From contig DVNC01000021.1 in NCBI GenBank assembly GCA_018714685.1, forward strand, positions 12,693-76,692: 64,000 nt of DNA, written 5' to 3'. The position numbers and the translations under genes are program-made. The notes below the pieces were generated by a model. That model ran no database searches and was not told the DNA's origin. It worked only from the letters and a program-made list of their open reading frames with translations. This DNA is from Candidatus Scatocola faecipullorum (lineage in GTDB: Bacteria > Pseudomonadota > Alphaproteobacteria > RF32 > CAG-239). Below, one piece after another: positions 10,121 through 19,553 of this stretch (its first letter is position 1; each line of letters begins with the position of its first letter).

Positions 10121-10893
10121 GCCAACAATTCCTTCTCTCTTTTCAGAACTTCACCGGTCAGGCTGATATAGGCCTGAGAGCCCGGACATTTAAAATCATA
10201 AATCAAAACAGGCTTGCCGTGCGACGGCGCTTCGGAAATGCGGACATTCCGCGGAATGACGGTTTGATATACCTTTTTGCCGAAAAAGTTGCGCACGTCA
10301 TCTTCAACCATCTGGGTCAGATTGTTACGTTTGTCATACATTGTGAGGACAACACCCTGCAATTCAAGCTTCGGATTAAATTTCTTTTTAATCTGGTTGA
10401 TGTTGCGAATTAAATCGGTGATACCTTCAAGCGCCAGAAATTCACATTGCAGCGGAACGATTACGGCGTCGGCAGCAACTAACGCATTGATTGTTACCAG
10501 GCTCAAAGAAGGCGGACAGTCAATCAAAATATAATCGTAATTGACGGCATCTTTAAATAAAGCTTTTTTCAATGCAAATTCACGGTTTTCAATTTCAACC
10601 AGCTCAACTTCGGCTCCGGCCAAATCAGGTGACGACGGAACCAGAGAAAAATTCGGAATCTCCGTCCAGACAACGGCTTCAGAGATTCTTTTTTCTCCGA
10701 GCAGCACTTCATAGGAAGAGGCCATTCTTCCGCTTTTATTAATACCCATGGAAGTTGTCGCATTTCCCTGCGGATCCAGGTCAACGACCAGAACTTTCTT
10801 TCCGGCAGCAGCCATGGCTGTTGCAACATTGACCGTTGTTGTCGTTTTTCCAACACCGCCTTTGCGGTTGGCAATGGCAATAATTCTTGGCAT
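10114..10893 (-). CDS. parA: Chromosome partitioning ATPase ParA
   Basis: Deviant Walker A KGGVGKTTT. Sits in the soj/parA position next to rsmG. Confidence 0.95.
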   Translation of the reverse strand: MPRIIAIANRKGGVGKTTTTVNVATAMAAAGKKVLVVDLDPQGNATTSMGINKSGRMASSYEVLLGEKRISEAVVWTEIPNFSLVPSSPDLAGAEVELVEIENREFALKKALFKDAVNYDYILIDCPPSLSLVTINALVAADAVIVPLQCEFLALEGITDLIRNINQIKKKFNPKLELQGVVLTMYDKRNNLTQMVEDDVRNFFGKKVYQTVIPRNVRISEAPSHGKPVLIYDFKCPGSQAYISLTGEVLKREKELLAC

Positions 10894-11519
10894 TATTTAA
10901 CTCCCTTGCGTTTATTTAAATGTGTAATGATTAAGATGACGCCTTCGTCGCTTTGGCTGCTGGGAATAATCCGGCAGTCAAAATCCCAGTGTTTTTTTGC
11001 TTCAGCGATTTCTTCGGCATGTTTTTTTCCTTTGGGAAAAATACATACTGTATGAGACCCGCAAAAACGACTGGCATAATTTAACAGATTATCAAGAGCC
11101 GTCAGGGCGCGTGATGTAATAACATCAACTTTTTCGGCCGGCAGTTCTTCGATTCTCTTATTATAAATATTAACCTTGGTTCCGGTTAACTCAGCCACGT
11201 GCTTTAAATACAGTGTCTTTTTTCCAATGCTTTCTATCAGACTAACTTTTAAATACGGTGTTTTTTCCATCGCCATTATAGCCAGAACCATTCCGGGAAA
11301 TCCGGCTCCAGAGCCCAGATCGTATAAGGTTCTCGCATTAGAGGGAATGTACTGAAAAAGCTGCACTGAATCGAGAAAATGACGATTCCAGCCGTCGGCT
11401 AAAGATGATGAACTGACCAAATTAAACTTATTCTGCCATTCATTTAAAGAGGCTTCATAAGTTTTTAATTTGTCAATTGTTTCACGTGAAACATCATATG
11501 TGGTCGTATTTTTTTCCAT
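10893..11519 (-). CDS. rsmG: 16S rRNA m7G527 methyltransferase RsmG (GidB)
   Basis: SAM-binding DLGSGAGFPG motif, 208 aa, in the gidA-gidB-parA-parB neighbourhood. Carries a parS site near its 5' end. Confidence 0.9.
   Translation of the reverse strand: MEKNTTTYDVSRETIDKLKTYEASLNEWQNKFNLVSSSSLADGWNRHFLDSVQLFQYIPSNARTLYDLGSGAGFPGMVLAIMAMEKTPYLKVSLIESIGKKTLYLKHVAELTGTKVNIYNKRIEELPAEKVDVITSRALTALDNLLNYASRFCGSHTVCIFPKGKKHAEEIAEAKKHWDFDCRIIPSSQSDEGVILIITHLNKRKGVK
11478..11493. promoter_or_regulatory. parS: parS centromere site (perfect TGTTTCACGTGAAACA)
   Basis: Exact 16-bp palindrome matching the canonical parS consensus, inside the 5' end of rsmG. Confidence 0.8.
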
Positions 11520-11757
11520 AAGAAATTTATATAATTTTTACAAAAAATTTAAAACAATAAAAAGGCAGTTATAAACACCTTATTTAAATATTTTAAAATA
11601 TATTTTAAATTCAACAAATTAGAACGACAGCCTGACTCAATATATCAAGATTTTTATTTCTTTTAAATACACTGTTTGGTTATAAAAAAAACAAAAAGGC
11701 TGATAAATCTATCTGCCTGAGGAGCGGAATATTATTAAAACAGATTAAACGACAATG

Positions 11758-12384
11758 TTATTCATTTCTGATGTTCAGAAGTTGATAAATATCACAGTCA
11801 CATTTGACCTCAAAATAAAGGCGCAGATTTTCAGCACAGCTAAAATGGGTTGTTAAAAATTCTTCCTGTACCGGATACCTTTCGGCCAAAGATCGGCAAC
11901 GATACTGTAAAGAACAGTTTTTACCCCGATCATTCATCATATCTGCCAATTGCAGAAGTTTATCGTAATCATCATATTCAATGTCTGAAATATAATTTTT
12001 GCAATGTAAGATATCCTGTCGTGCCTGAGGATATAACTCAGGATTAAAATCTTTATTCAGAAAACAATGTGTAACCGAGATGCGGCCGATTTCGTCCCAA
12101 CCTTGCTTTTTCATTAACTGATAGCCGGTCCAGCCATGAAAAACATTTTCACTTTTTTCATCTTTAATGTGACCGCAATCGTGCAGCAATCCTGACAGAT
12201 AAGCCCTTTCCGAGTTTAAATACGGTGTTTGAGAAGCTATTTTAGCCGCAATGTCGGCTACTGAAAAACAATGAGCCCGAAACTCTTTTTCCCATTCCGG
12301 ACGAAAAGGGAAGGGACTGCGGTTGCGTTCGGCAATTACATATTCAAAGAAGGCTAAGGCTTCTTGTTTTGACGGCAAAGACAT
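11758..12384 (-). CDS. HDIG-domain metal-dependent phosphohydrolase (paralog 1)
   Basis: HD-superfamily motifs H...GLLHDCGHIKDE...H...D. About 208 aa. Paralogous to 12387-13010 and 46733-47470. Confidence 0.6.
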   Translation of the reverse strand: MSLPSKQEALAFFEYVIAERNRSPFPFRPEWEKEFRAHCFSVADIAAKIASQTPYLNSERAYLSGLLHDCGHIKDEKSENVFHGWTGYQLMKKQGWDEIGRISVTHCFLNKDFNPELYPQARQDILHCKNYISDIEYDDYDKLLQLADMMNDRGKNCSLQYRCRSLAERYPVQEEFLTTHFSCAENLRLYFEVKCDCDIYQLLNIRNE

Positions 12385-12386
12385 GC

Positions 12387-13010
12387 TTAATCCACTCCCA
12401 AAAGCTTATAAATATCGCAGCAGCATCTTTTATCAAAGTACTTTTTTAGTTTTAATGCTTCGCGATATTTCTTTTTTACCAGCAAAGGAGGAATTTTGTA
12501 ATTGTTGCGGATGTTAAAAATTCTTTGCTTAATATTCAGCGTTACGCCGACGGATAAACGGTCACATAATTGTATCAAACGGTCATAATCATCAAAAGGA
12601 ACTTCCTGCAACAGTTTTTTACATTTGCGCATTTCAGACGGATTATAGCCGGCATATTCCTTTAAGTTAAGTTCCTGTTCATAAAAAGTGTGGGTCAGGG
12701 ATATTCTGGCCAATTCATCATATCCCAGTTTGCGTAAATATTTATACCCCTCCAGTCCATGGAATTTATCGGACATTTCATCGTTATAAACCAGTTTGCC
12801 GAAATCATGAAATAACCCCATAATATAGGCTTTTTCACCGTCTATCTCAGGCAATCGGGAAGCAATCATCTGAGCGGCTACCGCGACCATGGCGGCGTGA
12901 ATGCGTTCTCCTTTAGAACGTCCCAGTTCGAAACGCGATGATTCCGCACAGCGTTTACGCATGGTTTCTTCATAAAGTTTTAAAGCTTGCTGCATGGTCG
13001 GCATCGTCAT
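12387..13010 (-). CDS. HDIG-domain metal-dependent phosphohydrolase (paralog 2)
   Basis: GLFHDFGKLV HD motif. Architecture and length match the adjacent paralog. Confidence 0.6.
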   Translation of the reverse strand: MTMPTMQQALKLYEETMRKRCAESSRFELGRSKGERIHAAMVAVAAQMIASRLPEIDGEKAYIMGLFHDFGKLVYNDEMSDKFHGLEGYKYLRKLGYDELARISLTHTFYEQELNLKEYAGYNPSEMRKCKKLLQEVPFDDYDRLIQLCDRLSVGVTLNIKQRIFNIRNNYKIPPLLVKKKYREALKLKKYFDKRCCCDIYKLLGVD

Positions 13011-13015
13011 GGGTT

Positions 13016-14869
13016 TTACCTTTTTACATAACTGAGCACGGCGGTAACGGCGGCAGGCGTCACTCCGGGTATTCGTGATGCTTCTCCGATTGTCGCCGGG
13101 CGGACTTTAGACAGCTTTTGTACCATCTCCCGCGATAAACCGCCGATGAGAGCATAATCAATGTCTTCTTTGATTTTAAGTTTTTCGTCTTTTTGAAATA
13201 CATCAATATCTGCCTGTTGGCGTTTCAGATAACCGGCATATTTGGCTTCAATTTCGATTGCTTCGTAAACGTCATCGGGCATTGTCTGCAATTCCGGCCA
13301 TATTTGCGTTATTGTTTCACGTGAAACACCGTCATAAGACATGACGTTAAAAGCGCTTCTTTTCGTTCCGTCACGTTTCGTCTTTACGCCGAATTTATCC
13401 AACTCGTTCGGGTTGACAATCAATTTTTCACAAAGCTGACGATAATGATTTATCTGCTCATATTTGGCTTTAAATACAGTGTATCTATTTTTCCCGACGC
13501 AACCGATTTGATAGCCCAGTTCAGTTAAACGCGCATCGGCATTATCCGCACGCAACAACAGGCGATATTCGGAGCGGGAAGTAAACATACGATAAGGTTC
13601 GTCAACGCCCTTGGTAATCAAATCGTCAATCATTACGCCGATATAGGCCTGACTGCGATCAATCACAAATTCACGCCCTTTTCCTTCGGCATACAGCGCT
13701 GCATTAACACCGGCCAACAGTCCTTGCGCGGCAGCTTCTTCATAACCGGTCGTTCCGTTTATCTGTCCTGCCAGGTAAAGACCGGGAATCTTTTTAACCG
13801 CAAGTGTTCGGTTGAGTTCCTGCGGATCAACAAAGTCATATTCAATTGCATAAGCGTAACGGAGAATTTCAACATCTTCCAGCCCTTCAATCGTATGAAT
13901 AAACTGTTCTTGAACATCTGCGGGAAGAGACGTTGAAATGCCGTTCGGATAAACAACATCAGTATTCAGACCTTCGGGTTCCAAAAAAATCTGATGACTG
14001 GTGCGGTCGGCAAATTTTACCAGTTTGTCTTCAATACTGGGACAATAGCGCGGGCCGATGCCGGTAATTAAACCGGAAAACAAAGCACATTTGGAAAAAT
14101 TATCGCGAATAATCCGATGCGTGTTTTCATTGGTATGAGTAATAAAACACTGTATCTGCGGATTGGTAATTTTTTCCGTCAGATAAGAAAAAGGCTGCGG
14201 CGGGTTATCACCGTCTTGAGAAGACAATTTTTCCCAATGAATTGTTTTGCCGTTCAGACGGGCAGGGGTACCGGTTTTTAAACGCCCGACATTCAGCCCT
14301 TTCTGTTTTAAATACGGCGTTATACCCGTACAAGTGACATCACCGATACGTCCGCCGACGGAAGTTTCATGACCGACAAACATCACGCCGTTCAAAAAAG
14401 TTCCGGAAGTAAGAACAACCGCTTTTGCGGTTATTTGTGTTCCGTCGGCCAAAATAACACCGGATATTTTTACATCATCAAAAAGCAAGCCTTCGACCGG
14501 AGCTTCTATCAGCGTCAGGCCGGATTGTTCCCGCAGCGCGGCAAGCATATATTTTTTATAAAGTTCGCGGTCAGCCTGAGCACGCGGGCCGCGGACAGCC
14601 GGACCTTTAGACTGGTTTAACATACGAAACTGTATGCCTGCCTTATCAATAACCCGTCCCATCAAACCGTCCAGCGCATCAATTTCACGTACAAGATGCC
14701 CTTTACCCAGACCGCCGATGGCCGGATTACATGACATTTCGCCTATTGTGGCAATTTTATGGGTGATCAAAGCCGTTTTGGCTCCGATACGGGCTGCTGC
14801 GGCACAAGCTTCACAACCGGCATGGCCGCCGCCGACAACAATTACATCAAACTCCTGATCCGTTTTCAT
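13016..14869 (-). CDS. mnmG: tRNA uridine-5-carboxymethylaminomethyl modification enzyme MnmG (GidA)
   Basis: FAD-binding [14 protein letters not shown], conserved GRLKTGTP and [10 protein letters not shown] blocks, 617 aa. Confidence 0.97.
   Translation of the reverse strand: MKTDQEFDVIVVGGGHAGCEACAAAARIGAKTALITHKIATIGEMSCNPAIGGLGKGHLVREIDALDGLMGRVIDKAGIQFRMLNQSKGPAVRGPRAQADRELYKKYMLAALREQSGLTLIEAPVEGLLFDDVKISGVILADGTQITAKAVVLTSGTFLNGVMFVGHETSVGGRIGDVTCTGITPYLKQKGLNVGRLKTGTPARLNGKTIHWEKLSSQDGDNPPQPFSYLTEKITNPQIQCFITHTNENTHRIIRDNFSKCALFSGLITGIGPRYCPSIEDKLVKFADRTSHQIFLEPEGLNTDVVYPNGISTSLPADVQEQFIHTIEGLEDVEILRYAYAIEYDFVDPQELNRTLAVKKIPGLYLAGQINGTTGYEEAAAQGLLAGVNAALYAEGKGREFVIDRSQAYIGVMIDDLITKGVDEPYRMFTSRSEYRLLLRADNADARLTELGYQIGCVGKNRYTVFKAKYEQINHYRQLCEKLIVNPNELDKFGVKTKRDGTKRSAFNVMSYDGVSRETITQIWPELQTMPDDVYEAIEIEAKYAGYLKRQQADIDVFQKDEKLKIKEDIDYALIGGLSREMVQKLSKVRPATIGEASRIPGVTPAAVTAVLSYVKR
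13313..13328. promoter_or_regulatory. parS: parS centromere site (perfect TGTTTCACGTGAAACA)
   Basis: Second exact copy of the 16-bp parS palindrome, inside mnmG. Confidence 0.8.
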
Positions 14870-14972
14870 TTATTCAGCCTTAACATTATTTGTTCCGAAG
14901 ACGGGACAAACTTCTACTTATCGGATACTAGCATAAAAAACGTTAGCAAGCCGTTAATAGCTTCTCCCATTT

Positions 14973-14998
14973 AAAAGCGTAAAACCTGCCGCTGAAGG
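14973..14998. terminator. Putative hairpin terminator between mnmG upstream region and the hypothetical gene
   Basis: aaaacctgcc gctgaa gggcaggtttt stem-loop flanked by A/T runs. Confidence 0.35.
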
Positions 14999-15024
14999 GC
15001 AGGTTTTATAAAACGGAAGAAACT

Positions 15025-15408
15025 TCAGATTACATTGTTTCTGATGCAGAACTGCCAGAAAGTATAAATTTCACTTCGTTCTATAATATAAGGGCAGTAA
15101 ACACAGGCAGAAAAAATATCCAGGCTCCAAAGATAATTTTTATAGGGTTTCTGTTCGCCGGCATGCTGACGAAGGTAAGAAATCAGACCACTAACGGCGT
15201 GGCCCAACGCTTCCTGCTCACTGCGAAGCTTTTCATCTTCGTAGTAATAAGAGATTCCCAATTCCTCCGATTTTCTTACTAACTTGGCAAATTTTTCGTG
15301 GATTGCCTGATAATGCCCTTCCATCGGCTGTTGAAGGGCCATCTCGGTTAAAACACAGACATGCTTCTTAATCAAAAATTCAAGTCCGTCAGAATAATTT
15401 TTTTTCAT
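15025..15408 (-). CDS. Hypothetical protein (127 aa)
   Basis: ORF between mnmG and mnmE with no motif I recognise. Confidence 0.35.
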   Translation of the reverse strand: MKKNYSDGLEFLIKKHVCVLTEMALQQPMEGHYQAIHEKFAKLVRKSEELGISYYYEDEKLRSEQEALGHAVSGLISYLRQHAGEQKPYKNYLWSLDIFSACVYCPYIIERSEIYTFWQFCIRNNVI

Positions 15409-15504
15409 AATGACAAGTTTTTAGCGTTAATAATAAATGATTAAGCCGATATTACTCAATCGGGCTTTAGAAAGCAAGCATAATTTGTCAAAAAATCCGG
15501 CTAA

Positions 15505-16848
15505 TTATTTACCGATACAAAATGACCCGAAAATTTTATCGAGAATGTCATCTACCTCAATCCGTCCGGTGATTTTCCCCAAAGCGCGGGCCGCCAGGCG
15601 AACATCTTCGGCAGCCAATTCAATTTCTTTTCGCAGTGTAAAAGTTTCCAACGCTTCTACAGTTTCTTTCAAAGCTTCACGGTAACGGGCACGGGTTATC
15701 AGCAAATTTGAATTAGAGGTAAAGCGGTTTTCAATCCGTTCGGTAATGGCCTGAAGCAGCTGCTCCAATCCCTGACGAGGTTTAGCGGCTATGGTCAGAC
15801 AGCCTTCCTGTCGCAGCGAAGAAATCCTTTCTGCCGACAAGCGGTCGGTTTTATTGGCAACCAAAAGCATTTTACCGGAAATTGTTTTTTTCAGATTATC
15901 AAAGATATGAACAGTGTCTTGTGATGCATCGAACAAACATATCACAAGGTCGGCTTCGTTAATTTTATGGTAAGCAATTTCTATGCCTTTCTTTTCAATG
16001 GCATCTTCTACTTCACGCAGACCGGCAGTGTCGGTAAACATAACCGGATAACCTTTCAAATCCAGGTGAACATCAACCGCATCGCGGGTGGTTCCGGCAA
16101 TATCGGAAACGATGGCCGCTTCACGATTAACAACAGCATTCAGCAAACTTGATTTACCGGCATTCGGCGGGCCGACAATAACAACGCGAAAACCTTCGCG
16201 CAGCCTTTCGCCGATAGTGTCGCCGGACAGATGTGCTTTAATTGCTTCCTTGAGTTTAAATACAGTGTCTTCAAGTTTAAATACGGTGTCTTCCGGAATT
16301 TCTTCGTCAGGAAAATCAATATAAGCTTCCAGATGAGCCATCACGGTTAAAAGTTCTTCCCGCCAGCTTTCATAAAGGTTTTTTAAGCCGCCTTCCATCT
16401 GCCGCATGGCATATTTCTGCTGTTCAGCGGTTTCGGCATCTATCAGATCGGCTAATCCCTCGGCCTGAGTCAAATCCATTTTGCCGTTGTAAAAAGCCCG
16501 TTTGGAATATTCTCCGGGTTCAGCCATGCGGAAACCTTCCAACCGTGACAATGATGAAAGGACTCCGGAAATTACGGCTTTGGAGCCGTGAATCTGCAAT
16601 TCAACGATATCTTCCCCGGTGAACGAATGAGGCGCCTTAAAATACAGCAAAAGACACTTATCCAGTACCTGTTTCTCGGGAACAGACAACAAATCGGTAA
16701 AATAGGCATAACGGGGTTTGATGCCCGAAGGCGAAAGGCGGGTCATTTGCCCAATAATCTGAAAAGCCCGATCGCCTGATATGCGGATGACGGCGACGCC
16801 CGATTTGCCGAAAACGGTTGAGAGTGCATAAATGGTCTGATTATCCAT
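15505..16848 (-). CDS. mnmE: tRNA modification GTPase MnmE (TrmE)
   Basis: G-domain motifs GPPNAGKSSLLN, DTAGLR, NKTD, and the C-terminal ...CIGK. Contains an in-frame EDTVFKL-EDTVFKL duplication. Confidence 0.95.
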   Translation of the reverse strand: MDNQTIYALSTVFGKSGVAVIRISGDRAFQIIGQMTRLSPSGIKPRYAYFTDLLSVPEKQVLDKCLLLYFKAPHSFTGEDIVELQIHGSKAVISGVLSSLSRLEGFRMAEPGEYSKRAFYNGKMDLTQAEGLADLIDAETAEQQKYAMRQMEGGLKNLYESWREELLTVMAHLEAYIDFPDEEIPEDTVFKLEDTVFKLKEAIKAHLSGDTIGERLREGFRVVIVGPPNAGKSSLLNAVVNREAAIVSDIAGTTRDAVDVHLDLKGYPVMFTDTAGLREVEDAIEKKGIEIAYHKINEADLVICLFDASQDTVHIFDNLKKTISGKMLLVANKTDRLSAERISSLRQEGCLTIAAKPRQGLEQLLQAITERIENRFTSNSNLLITRARYREALKETVEALETFTLRKEIELAAEDVRLAARALGKITGRIEVDDILDKIFGSFCIGK

Positions 16849-17057
16849 TTTATATTCCTGTCTGTAACTTAAAACCGGCTTAAGTATAATCGGAAAAGGT
16901 AAAAATACGATAAAAAAACACTAATTTAAATAAAGGCCTAAATTCGGCTTTCAGAGAGGTTTTTTACTTTTGCTTAAGTGTTTCCCTATAAAGTAGGTAA
17001 AATTCGTTTGTGCGAGCTTCCTGCGGACTCGTTATTTTTCTACCGAAGGTGTTAATT

Positions 17058-17756
17058 ATGGATGAATGTTCTAAAAAACTGATTATCTGGGACTTTGACG
17101 GCGTGATGGCCGACACGGAAAAACTCTGGCTGGAAAACCGCCGGCAAATGATTAACGAAAAATTCGGACTTAACTGGGATTTTGATACAACCAACAAACA
17201 TTTGGGCGGAATGAGCGATAAAACCAAACGTCTGAATATGGATAAGCTGGGATTGACAACCGATGACGAATTCTGGAAAGAGAGCATGGCGCGCGATATG
17301 GCCGTAATGGCAAAGGGTTTTGAAGCAACTCCCGGAACAGAAGATATTCTCAACTGTCGAGAAATCAAACAATGTGTAGCAACCGGCGGAATTTATTCCA
17401 AAAGCGTCGAAAAGCTGAAAACAATCGGTTTTTGGGGAAAATACATTAATGATACAAATCTGTTCACTGCCGATATGGTAGAACACGGAAAACCGGAACC
17501 GGAGCTGTTTCTGCTGGCAGCGGCGAAAATGGGAGAGCTTCCCGAAACCTGCGTGGTGATAGAAGATTCTCTGGCCGGAATGACTGCCGGACTGCGTGCA
17601 GGAATGACGGTCATTGCCTATATCGGTTGTGAGATGAATAACAATCCGGAAAACATTAAAAATATCCGCGCTTTGGGAGTTAAACACATTTTCAGCACCA
17701 TGGCCGAAATTAAAGATTTTTTAGGAATATGCAAATATACGTTTGACAAAATATAG
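17058..17756 (+). CDS. HAD-superfamily hydrolase (beta-phosphoglucomutase/phosphatase-like)
   Basis: DxD motif IIWDFDGVMADTE and later HAD motifs (…GKPEPE…, IEDSLAGM). ATG at 17058 is preceded by a GAAGGTG Shine-Dalgarno sequence. The track ORF starts earlier, at 17010. Confidence 0.7.
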   Translation: MDECSKKLIIWDFDGVMADTEKLWLENRRQMINEKFGLNWDFDTTNKHLGGMSDKTKRLNMDKLGLTTDDEFWKESMARDMAVMAKGFEATPGTEDILNCREIKQCVATGGIYSKSVEKLKTIGFWGKYINDTNLFTADMVEHGKPEPELFLLAAAKMGELPETCVVIEDSLAGMTAGLRAGMTVIAYIGCEMNNNPENIKNIRALGVKHIFSTMAEIKDFLGICKYTFDKI

Positions 17757-17806
17757 CGAAAAAGGCATACTTATTCAAAATTTTATCATTTTTAAATTTT
17801 TATGTT

Positions 17807-18223
17807 ATGAAACCTGAAAAATTTATTAATCTGCTGGTCTTCTTGGTTGCGACCGGCATGTTGGTTTGGGGTATCTGCGGCAATGCCGGCTGGAAGCTCA
17901 TGGGTGCAAATCTTTTAACCGCAGTTTTCTTTATGTTTCTTTATCGTAAAGACGACAATCATCCCGGCGTTTTTTCCTTTGCCGTCAGGTATGCGGCACT
18001 GGCTTTGGCTTTTGCCAATGCAAGGATTATGACCGGAATTGCGCACGGAAATCTGCTGTTGCTGTTTGTGTTGGCTGCGGTGTATTGCCTGATTGACGCT
18101 TGTTTGCCCGTTTTGGCTTATCAATGCGGTTTTCGGTGCAGTTCCAAACCGGTTATTCCCGACAGAACGGTCATTCTGTTTGTGTTAAGCACTTTTTTAT
18201 TTGCCGCTTTAGACAAGCCGTAG
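17807..18223 (+). CDS. Hypothetical polytopic membrane protein (138 aa)
   Basis: Four hydrophobic segments and no recognisable motif. Confidence 0.35.
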   Translation: MKPEKFINLLVFLVATGMLVWGICGNAGWKLMGANLLTAVFFMFLYRKDDNHPGVFSFAVRYAALALAFANARIMTGIAHGNLLLLFVLAAVYCLIDACLPVLAYQCGFRCSSKPVIPDRTVILFVLSTFLFAALDKP

Positions 18224-18240
18224 ATACAATAATTAAACGT

Positions 18241-18268
18241 AAACCCCGGATAAAATCCGGGGTTTTGT
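18241..18268. terminator. Bidirectional rho-independent terminator (between membrane protein gene and rho)
   Basis: aaaccccgga taaaa tccggggtttt perfect hairpin with flanking T/A runs. Confidence 0.6.
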
Positions 18269-18269
18269 T

Positions 18270-19553
18270 TTAGCTGTTCATGGTATTGAAGAAATCCTGA
18301 TTGTCTTTGCTTTGTTTGAGCTTTTCAAGCAAAAACTCCATACCGTCCGTCATTCCCATCTGCATCAGCACACGGCGCAGAACCCACATTTTGGACAAGG
18401 TGGCCTTGTCAACCAGCAGTTCTTCCTTACGGGTGCCGGAGCGGGTAATATCAATCGTCGGGAAGAGGCGTTTATCGGTCAGTTTTCGATCAAGAATGAT
18501 TTCTGAGTTGCCGGTTCCTTTGAATTCTTCAAAGATAACTTCGTCCATGCGGGAACCGGTATCAATCAGAGCCGTGGCGATAATGGTCAGCGATCCGCCT
18601 TCTTCAACATTGCGGGCTGCACCGAGAATGCGTTTCGGCCGCTGGAGAGCATTTGCATCGACACCGCCGGTCAAAACCTTGCCGGAAGAAGGGATTACCG
18701 TATTGTAAGCGCGACCCAAACGGGTAATCGAATCGAGCAGAATGACAACGTCTTTTTTATTTTCAACCAGGCGTTTGGCTTTTTCAATCACCATTTCAGC
18801 TACCTGAACATGGCGCGAAGCCGGTTCATCAAAGGTAGAAGAAATTACTTCACCTTTCACCGAACGAGTCATATCGGTTACTTCCTCGGGACGTTCGTCA
18901 ATCAAAAGCACCATCAGATAGGCTTCAGGATGATTGGCGGCAATCGCATGGGCAATATTCTGCAGCATTACGGTTTTACCTGTGCGCGGCGGGGCAACAA
19001 TCAGCCCGCGCTGGCCTTTGCCCTGCGGTGAAATCAAATCAATCACGCGGCAGGTATAGTCTTTGTCGCCGCAGATAATATCAAAATTAAGCTTTTCCGT
19101 CGGGTAAAGCGGCGTCAGATTGTCAAAATTAACCCTAAGTTTTGATTTTTCGGGATCGTCAAAATTAATGGCGTTAATCTTGGTTAAGGCAAAATAACGT
19201 TCATTGTCTTTCGGACCGCGAATTTCGCCTTCAACAGTATCGCCGGTGCGCAGGCCAAATTTTTTAACCTGGGAAGGCGAAACATATATGTCATCAGGGC
19301 CGGCAAGATAGTTTGATTCGGCGGAACGGAGAAAACCGAAACCGTCCGGCATGACTTCAATTGTGCCTTCGCCGTAGATAATTTTATCGTCATCGGCGAG
19401 TTTTTTTAGAATAGCAAACATCAAATCCTGTTTGCGCATGGATGAAGCATCTTCAATCCCTAAATCTTCAGCCTGAGTTAACAACTCGGTAGGAGACTTT
19501 TGTTTGAGCTCTTTTAAATTCATGGGAACCTTAAATATGTAGGATATTGTCAA
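18270..19553 (-). CDS. rho: Transcription termination factor Rho
   Basis: N-terminal RNA-binding domain, Walker [13 protein letters not shown], 427 aa, very high conservation. Confidence 0.97.
   Translation of the reverse strand: MTISYIFKVPMNLKELKQKSPTELLTQAEDLGIEDASSMRKQDLMFAILKKLADDDKIIYGEGTIEVMPDGFGFLRSAESNYLAGPDDIYVSPSQVKKFGLRTGDTVEGEIRGPKDNERYFALTKINAINFDDPEKSKLRVNFDNLTPLYPTEKLNFDIICGDKDYTCRVIDLISPQGKGQRGLIVAPPRTGKTVMLQNIAHAIAANHPEAYLMVLLIDERPEEVTDMTRSVKGEVISSTFDEPASRHVQVAEMVIEKAKRLVENKKDVVILLDSITRLGRAYNTVIPSSGKVLTGGVDANALQRPKRILGAARNVEEGGSLTIIATALIDTGSRMDEVIFEEFKGTGNSEIILDRKLTDKRLFPTIDITRSGTRKEELLVDKATLSKMWVLRRVLMQMGMTDGMEFLLEKLKQSKDNQDFFNTMNS

Larger units (their letters stand above)
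11203..16289 (-). repeat. Cluster of 8 same-orientation copies of a 14-mer, ACAC[C/T]GTATTTAAA (minus-strand sense), mostly inside coding sequence
   Basis: Plus-strand tttaaatac[a/g]g[t/c]gt at 11203-11216 and 11248-11261 (rsmG). At 11662-11675 (intergenic variant tttaaatacactgt). At 12215-12228 (HDIG gene), 13469-13482 and 14307-14320 (mnmG). At 16255-16268 and 16276-16289 (mnmE, 21-nt tandem). All copies are on one strand, and I found none elsewhere in the window. Confidence 0.7.
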
